A DNA stretch of 64,000 nt from Bacteroides sp. (lineage in GTDB: Bacteria; Bacteroidota; Bacteroidia; Bacteroidales; Muribaculaceae), in assembly GCA_014802105.1 (NCBI GenBank), contig JAAVCX010000033.1, positions 14,242 to 78,241 of the forward strand, written 5' to 3'. A program made the translations under genes and the position numbers. How positions within the stretch are numbered: the first letter of the stretch is position 1; every line of letters begins with the position of its first letter. The notes beneath the pieces were generated by a model. The model worked only from the letters and a program-made list of their open reading frames with translations, did no database searches and was not told the DNA's origin. This document shows, one piece after another, positions 59,931 to 64,000 of this stretch.

Positions 59931-60373
59931 CTCATACCATCCAGATCCCCTCGCTCGAAGCCCTCGACAGCGCCGCCTCCGAGTTTGTCTCGCTAATGGG
60001 CGACAACACCGTCTTTGCCTTCAACGGCGAGATGGGTGCCGGTAAGACAACCTTTATCAACGCTATCTCCCGGGCTCTCGGAGTGATGGAAGACCCCACG
60101 GGTTCTCCCACCTTTGCAATCATCAACGAATACCGCTCCGACACCACCGCCGAACTCATCTATCACTTTGACCTCTATCGCATCGAGAACCTCGAGCAGG
60201 CCTTCGATATAGGTGTCGAAGACTATCTCGAGTCGGGAGCCGTGTGTCTGCTCGAATGGCCCGACCGCATCGAGGACATTCTCCCCGACGACACAGTGAG
60301 AGTCAATATCACTGTCAACCCCGACGGCTCGCGCACGGTAGTCCTCGAGGGGCTGAGCGAAGACGCCGAATAA
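59927..60373 (+). CDS. tsaE: t6A biosynthesis ATPase TsaE
   Basis: GEMGAGKTT, SPTF, HFDLYR, EWP. Confidence 0.96.
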   Translation: MTHTIQIPSLEALDSAASEFVSLMGDNTVFAFNGEMGAGKTTFINAISRALGVMEDPTGSPTFAIINEYRSDTTAELIYHFDLYRIENLEQAFDIGVEDYLESGAVCLLEWPDRIEDILPDDTVRVNITVNPDGSRTVVLEGLSEDAE

Positions 60374-61122
60374 TGATCTCGCTCATCAAGCTCGACTCGG
60401 TCGACTCTACCAGCTCCTACCTGGCCCGACACCTGCCCGACGCTCCCCACGGCACCGTGGTGGCCGCCCGGGAGCAGAGCGCCGGCCGGGGTCAGCGTGG
60501 CAACTCCTGGGAGGCTGCCCCGGGTCTCAACGTCACCATGTCACTGATGTTGCGCCCGGCCTCCCTGGCTGCAGTCAGGCAGTTTGTCCTCTCTCAGGCT
60601 GTCGCCCTGGCGGTAGCCGACACTGTTGACACCCTGCTCCCTCCGGGGATGACCGCCTCGGTCAAATGGCCCAACGACATCTATGTCGGCGACCGTAAGA
60701 TAGCCGGCATCCTCATCGAGAATGTGCTCGACGGGACGCGTGTCTCACGCTCTATCGTGGGGCTCGGCCTCAACGTCAATCAGGCCCGGTTTCTCTCCCC
60801 GGCCCCCAATCCCGTGTCCATCTTCCAGCTCACGGGTCTCACCCACGATGTCGAGTCGCTGACCATGAGTCTCGCCGAAAATATAGTTACCCTGACAGAG
60901 CGTGCCCTCTCCTCGCCCGACGAGGCCGAGGCTCTGGCCGAGCGATATTTTTCACGTCTGTGGCGCTCTGACGGATGGTGGCCTTTCCACGACAACCTGC
61001 GCGACACCGACATGATAGCCCGTATCGACTCGGTCGACCCAATGGGCTTCATCACTCTCACCGACCGCGAGAGTCTCACCCCTCATGTCTACGCCTTCAA
61101 AGAAATCTCATTCCTGCTCTGA
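60373..61122 (+). CDS. birA: Biotin--acetyl-CoA-carboxylase ligase (no HTH)
   Basis: QSAGRGQRG..W, KWPNDI, KIAGILIE, GLGLNVNQ; start ATG 60373. Confidence 0.93.
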   Translation: MISLIKLDSVDSTSSYLARHLPDAPHGTVVAAREQSAGRGQRGNSWEAAPGLNVTMSLMLRPASLAAVRQFVLSQAVALAVADTVDTLLPPGMTASVKWPNDIYVGDRKIAGILIENVLDGTRVSRSIVGLGLNVNQARFLSPAPNPVSIFQLTGLTHDVESLTMSLAENIVTLTERALSSPDEAEALAERYFSRLWRSDGWWPFHDNLRDTDMIARIDSVDPMGFITLTDRESLTPHVYAFKEISFLL

Positions 61123-61141
61123 CCCCCTTCAGCCCCTATCC

Positions 61142-62443
61142 ATGACCGCCCCTTCAGCCATCTCTCTTTCCGAGCTCAGCCTGCGCATCGCCTCAGCCAT
61201 CAATCCCGAGCCCTCGCTTCAGGGAGTGTGGGTCGTGGCCGAAACCTCCGACGTCAGGGTCTCGGCCCACTGCTATCTGGAACTCATCGAGAAAGATCCC
61301 GCCTCGGGACAACCGTTGGCACGCCTCAGAGCCAATATCTGGCGCAACAACTTCATGCGCCTCAGCGCGGCCTTCACCGCCGCTACCGGCGACCGTTTTG
61401 CCTCGGGCATCAAAGTCATGGTGAAGGTCAATGTCAACTATCATCCGGCGTTTGGTCTCTCGGCCAATATCACTGACATAGACCCCTCCTACACCCTCGG
61501 CGACCTGCTGCAACGCCGGCGCGAGATACTGGCGCGACTCTCGGCCGAGGGGATCATCGATCTCAACCGCGAGTTGCAATGGCCAGACACCCCTCTCCAC
61601 ATAGCCGTCATCTCGGCCCGCGACGCCGCCGGATATGGCGACTTCATCCACCAGCTCTACTCCTCCCCCTCGCGGCTTGCCTTCAGGGTTTCGCTCTTCC
61701 CGGCCACCATGCAGGGGGCCACGGCTCCGGCTTCGATCATCTCGGCTCTCGAGAGAATAGCCGCCGAGGAGGATCGTTGGGACGGAGTGGTCATCATACG
61801 CGGCGGCGGTGCCACCAGCGATCTGGCCGCTTTCGAGGACTACGACCTGGCGGCCAACATAGCCCAGTTTCCCCTCCCGGTCATCATCGGCATAGGTCAT
61901 GAGCGAGATGTCACCGTGCTCGATTTCGTGGCCAATATGCGTGTCAAGACCCCCACAGCCGCCGCCGAGTGGCTCATCAGCCGCGGCGAGGAGGCACTCG
62001 ACCGGCTCGACCGGCTCGCCACCTTAATATATACCTACGCCTCTGAGCTCCTCTCGGGTTCCCGTCAGCAATTGGCACGTATCGAGGCCACTCTCCCTCA
62101 TCTGCCACAGGCCGCCCTCGTCAGAGCCTCCACGCGACTCTCGCGTCTGGGGCAGTCCATAGCCGACAATGCGGTCAGCCGGCTGCGCCCCGACTATTCA
62201 CGTCTCGACGTGCTTGGCGAGCGTGTCGCCTCCGCCGCCACCGCGCGCCTCGACCGCTCCAATTCGCGTCTCGACCGCCTCTCTGAAATGATCGGCCTGC
62301 TCTCACCCTCAGCCACTCTTGCGCGAGGCTATTCCATCACCCGTGTCGACGGCCACGCCGTCACCTCCGCCTCCGACATTCCCGCCGGGGCCATCATCAC
62401 CACCACCCTCTCTGACGGTACCCTCACCTCCACCGTAAATTAA
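61142..62443 (+). CDS. xseA: Exodeoxyribonuclease VII large subunit
   Basis: HCYLEL, RGGGA..DL..F, GIGHERD, TPTAAAE, L.RGYSI; start ATG 61142. Confidence 0.95.
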   Translation: MTAPSAISLSELSLRIASAINPEPSLQGVWVVAETSDVRVSAHCYLELIEKDPASGQPLARLRANIWRNNFMRLSAAFTAATGDRFASGIKVMVKVNVNYHPAFGLSANITDIDPSYTLGDLLQRRREILARLSAEGIIDLNRELQWPDTPLHIAVISARDAAGYGDFIHQLYSSPSRLAFRVSLFPATMQGATAPASIISALERIAAEEDRWDGVVIIRGGGATSDLAAFEDYDLAANIAQFPLPVIIGIGHERDVTVLDFVANMRVKTPTAAAEWLISRGEEALDRLDRLATLIYTYASELLSGSRQQLARIEATLPHLPQAALVRASTRLSRLGQSIADNAVSRLRPDYSRLDVLGERVASAATARLDRSNSRLDRLSEMIGLLSPSATLARGYSITRVDGHAVTSASDIPAGAIITTTLSDGTLTSTVN

Positions 62444-62480
62444 CCGACGGGGATAATTAAAAAAAAGTTCCTCCTGGTGC

Positions 62481-62505
62481 GAACCTTTTCTCCCCTCCCC
62501 GTGTT
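62481..62505 (+). promoter_or_regulatory. Candidate ECF-sigma-type promoter (GAACC...CGTGTT)
   Basis: Resembles the AAC/CGT -35/-10 pattern of ECF sigma promoters; directly upstream of a terminated non-coding segment. Confidence 0.4.
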
Positions 62506-62511
62506 ATAAAG

Positions 62512-62603
62512 ATGTAGTTACTATTATTTGCACTGTGTTTTCATGGTATTAGATTTAAGGTTAAAAAACAATAGGGCCGTCGCGATGACAGCCCTATTGT
62601 TTT
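62512..62603 (+). ncRNA. Candidate ~90-nt small RNA
   Basis: Non-coding segment between a promoter-like motif and a strong terminator; core TTTTCATGGTATTAGATTTAAGGTTAA is antisense to a typical start region. Confidence 0.5.
62565..62603. terminator. Bidirectional Rho-independent terminator
   Basis: aaaacaatagggc...gccctattgtttt. Confidence 0.85.
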
Positions 62604-62688
62604 ATCTATCGGTCAGATCCGGGATTATTACAAATTAAGAGATTGTTTTTAAAGCTCCAAGACTTCGTGTTAATACCTGATCGACTAC

Positions 62689-63384
62689 TTATCTGAGCTG
62701 ATAATTGAAAATAGCGTCGACCACATAGAGCCCGAGTATATCCTTGCGATCCACGTCCATATCATCGTAGGCAGGGTTCTCGCTATGGAGTATCACCTTG
62801 GAGGGATCGGCATGACGTCTGAGAAACTTCACCATGCGGTAATCTTCGAGCTGCACCACATAGATCTGTCCCCAGAATATATTCCTCATATCCTTGACCT
62901 CCCTGACAGCCACGTATGCACCATTGTCGATACGGGGCACCATACTATCGCCTCTGACCCTGATAAAGCGGGAGTCCTCGGGGAGATCGGGCATCGCCAC
63001 CATTCCTACCGGTCTGACCTCGGCAAATACCCTCTCGAGGCTCATACACCCGGCCGTGGCTTCGACATCATAGACCGGCACACCACCGCTGATAGCATAT
63101 TCGACCACCTCGGGTGTATCCTCAAGCTCCACCTCACGGGCTCTCACAGGCTTGTCGTAAGGGAGACCTACACCATCTCTAAGCCAACGCTTAGACACAC
63201 ACAGATCGGCCACGACCCGATTGATCAGACCCTCGGTCACAGGCAATTTGCCCGAGAGCACCTTTGACAGATTACTCGGATCGAGTCTGAGCAGCGACGC
63301 CAGCCGGCGCTGAGAGTAACCTTTCACATCCATCAGATGTCTCAGCCGTCCGGCCACCTCCATATTATCGAGATCTTCTTTCAT
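62689..63384 (-). CDS. XRE HTH + S24 peptidase (LexA/CI-like) repressor
   Basis: N-terminal HTH (SQRRLASLLRLDPSNLSKVL), VRGDSM.P catalytic Ser, VKFL Lys, L.SENP.Y. Confidence 0.9.
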   Translation of the reverse strand: MKEDLDNMEVAGRLRHLMDVKGYSQRRLASLLRLDPSNLSKVLSGKLPVTEGLINRVVADLCVSKRWLRDGVGLPYDKPVRAREVELEDTPEVVEYAISGGVPVYDVEATAGCMSLERVFAEVRPVGMVAMPDLPEDSRFIRVRGDSMVPRIDNGAYVAVREVKDMRNIFWGQIYVVQLEDYRMVKFLRRHADPSKVILHSENPAYDDMDVDRKDILGLYVVDAIFNYQLR

Positions 63385-63466
63385 TCTTTACCACTTTTGT
63401 TGGCAAATATACTATACCCCTTGGCAAAAGCCTATCCCATCATCCTTAAAATATATTAAAAATCTG

Positions 63467-64000
63467 TTATGCGGCTCCCCTTCTGCGACGCGAGGAGAGG
63501 ATATAGAAAGCCGAGAAGATACCACAGGCTATGAGCATGACGGTCTGGAAACTCCAGCACACTATCGAGTAGGCAGTTCCGTCGGTGTCGGAAATGCCAT
63601 AGAGACTCAGCGCAAACATTACGGCGACATTCCAGGGGCCGAGACCGCCATTGCTCGGTATACCCATGCTGCACGACCCAAACACAAAGACTACAAGCCC
63701 GGGGATAAATCCAGCGGCAAGACCCGGCTCCGAGATCAGCTCACGGGTGAACGGAAAGGCATAGAAACACGAGTAAGTCTGAAAGAAATAACAGGTCCAG
63801 ATTCCGATCGTCAGCACAAGATACCAACCTATGCCTTTCATGTGAAAAAGCACGACAAACCCCTGCCACATACGTGCCACCGAGGCATTGAACTTCTTTA
63901 CCACCAGACTGCCTCCAAAAAAATGGTCTATCAGAAGCACCCCGACTATCACGGCCGCTATCACTATAAACAGCAATCCGTGAGAAAATACATGCTCTAT
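63467..64000 (-). CDS. Lysylphosphatidylglycerol-synthase-TM/flippase-like membrane protein (5' end outside window)
   Basis: Frame open to the window edge; multiple TMs; P..GG.GP.. motif. Confidence 0.75.
   Translation of the reverse strand: MEHVFSHGLLFIVIAAVIVGVLLIDHFFGGSLVVKKFNASVARMWQGFVVLFHMKGIGWYLVLTIGIWTCYFFQTYSCFYAFPFTRELISEPGLAAGFIPGLVVFVFGSCSMGIPSNGGLGPWNVAVMFALSLYGISDTDGTAYSIVCWSFQTVMLIACGIFSAFYILSSRRRRGAA

Noticed and set aside
62526-62544. Minus-strand micro-ORF MKTQCK with a good-looking start context
   Set aside because: Only 6 codons and directly downstream of a bidirectional terminator; better explained as the antisense face of the candidate sRNA, though not excluded.
62689-63384. 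Repressor as a prophage marker
   Set aside because: No integrase, cro, structural or replication genes; flanked by housekeeping genes.

Overview
Chromosomal segment of a Bacteroidales bacterium. The evidence is TAnnTTTG promoters, a T9SS locus and A-rich Shine-Dalgarno-less starts; a Muribaculaceae-like origin is inference only. The housekeeping backbone comprises ribH, mfd, comM/yifB, ribE, secDF, era, fabH, rpmF, yceD, xerD, tsaE, birA and xseA. There is also a type IX secretion cluster (gldE, gldD, porN-M-L-K-P-T, porW/sprE, porX) and a CDP-alditol/LicD glycan operon ending in a lipid A acyltransferase. The main accessory or unusual elements are: (1) an AT-rich islet with a RelE/HigB-like toxin, an XRE antitoxin, a perfect operator palindrome, Crp and an SDR; (2) a five-gene, all-exported operon (LPP20-like, DUF4384, LRR-caspase, OMP, transglutaminase-like) behind a ~365-nt leader with terminator/antiterminator-type pairings; (3) a ~1.9-kaa repetitive T9SS cargo gene whose signal peptide is out of frame at a G7 tract, a candidate for phase variation; (4) a ~190-bp imperfect palindrome between era and fabH; (5) a candidate ~90-nt sRNA complementary to translation starts; (6) heptamer tandem repeats just upstream of several start codons. 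No tRNA, rRNA, CRISPR array or transposase was seen. All family calls come from motif recognition by eye, not database searches.
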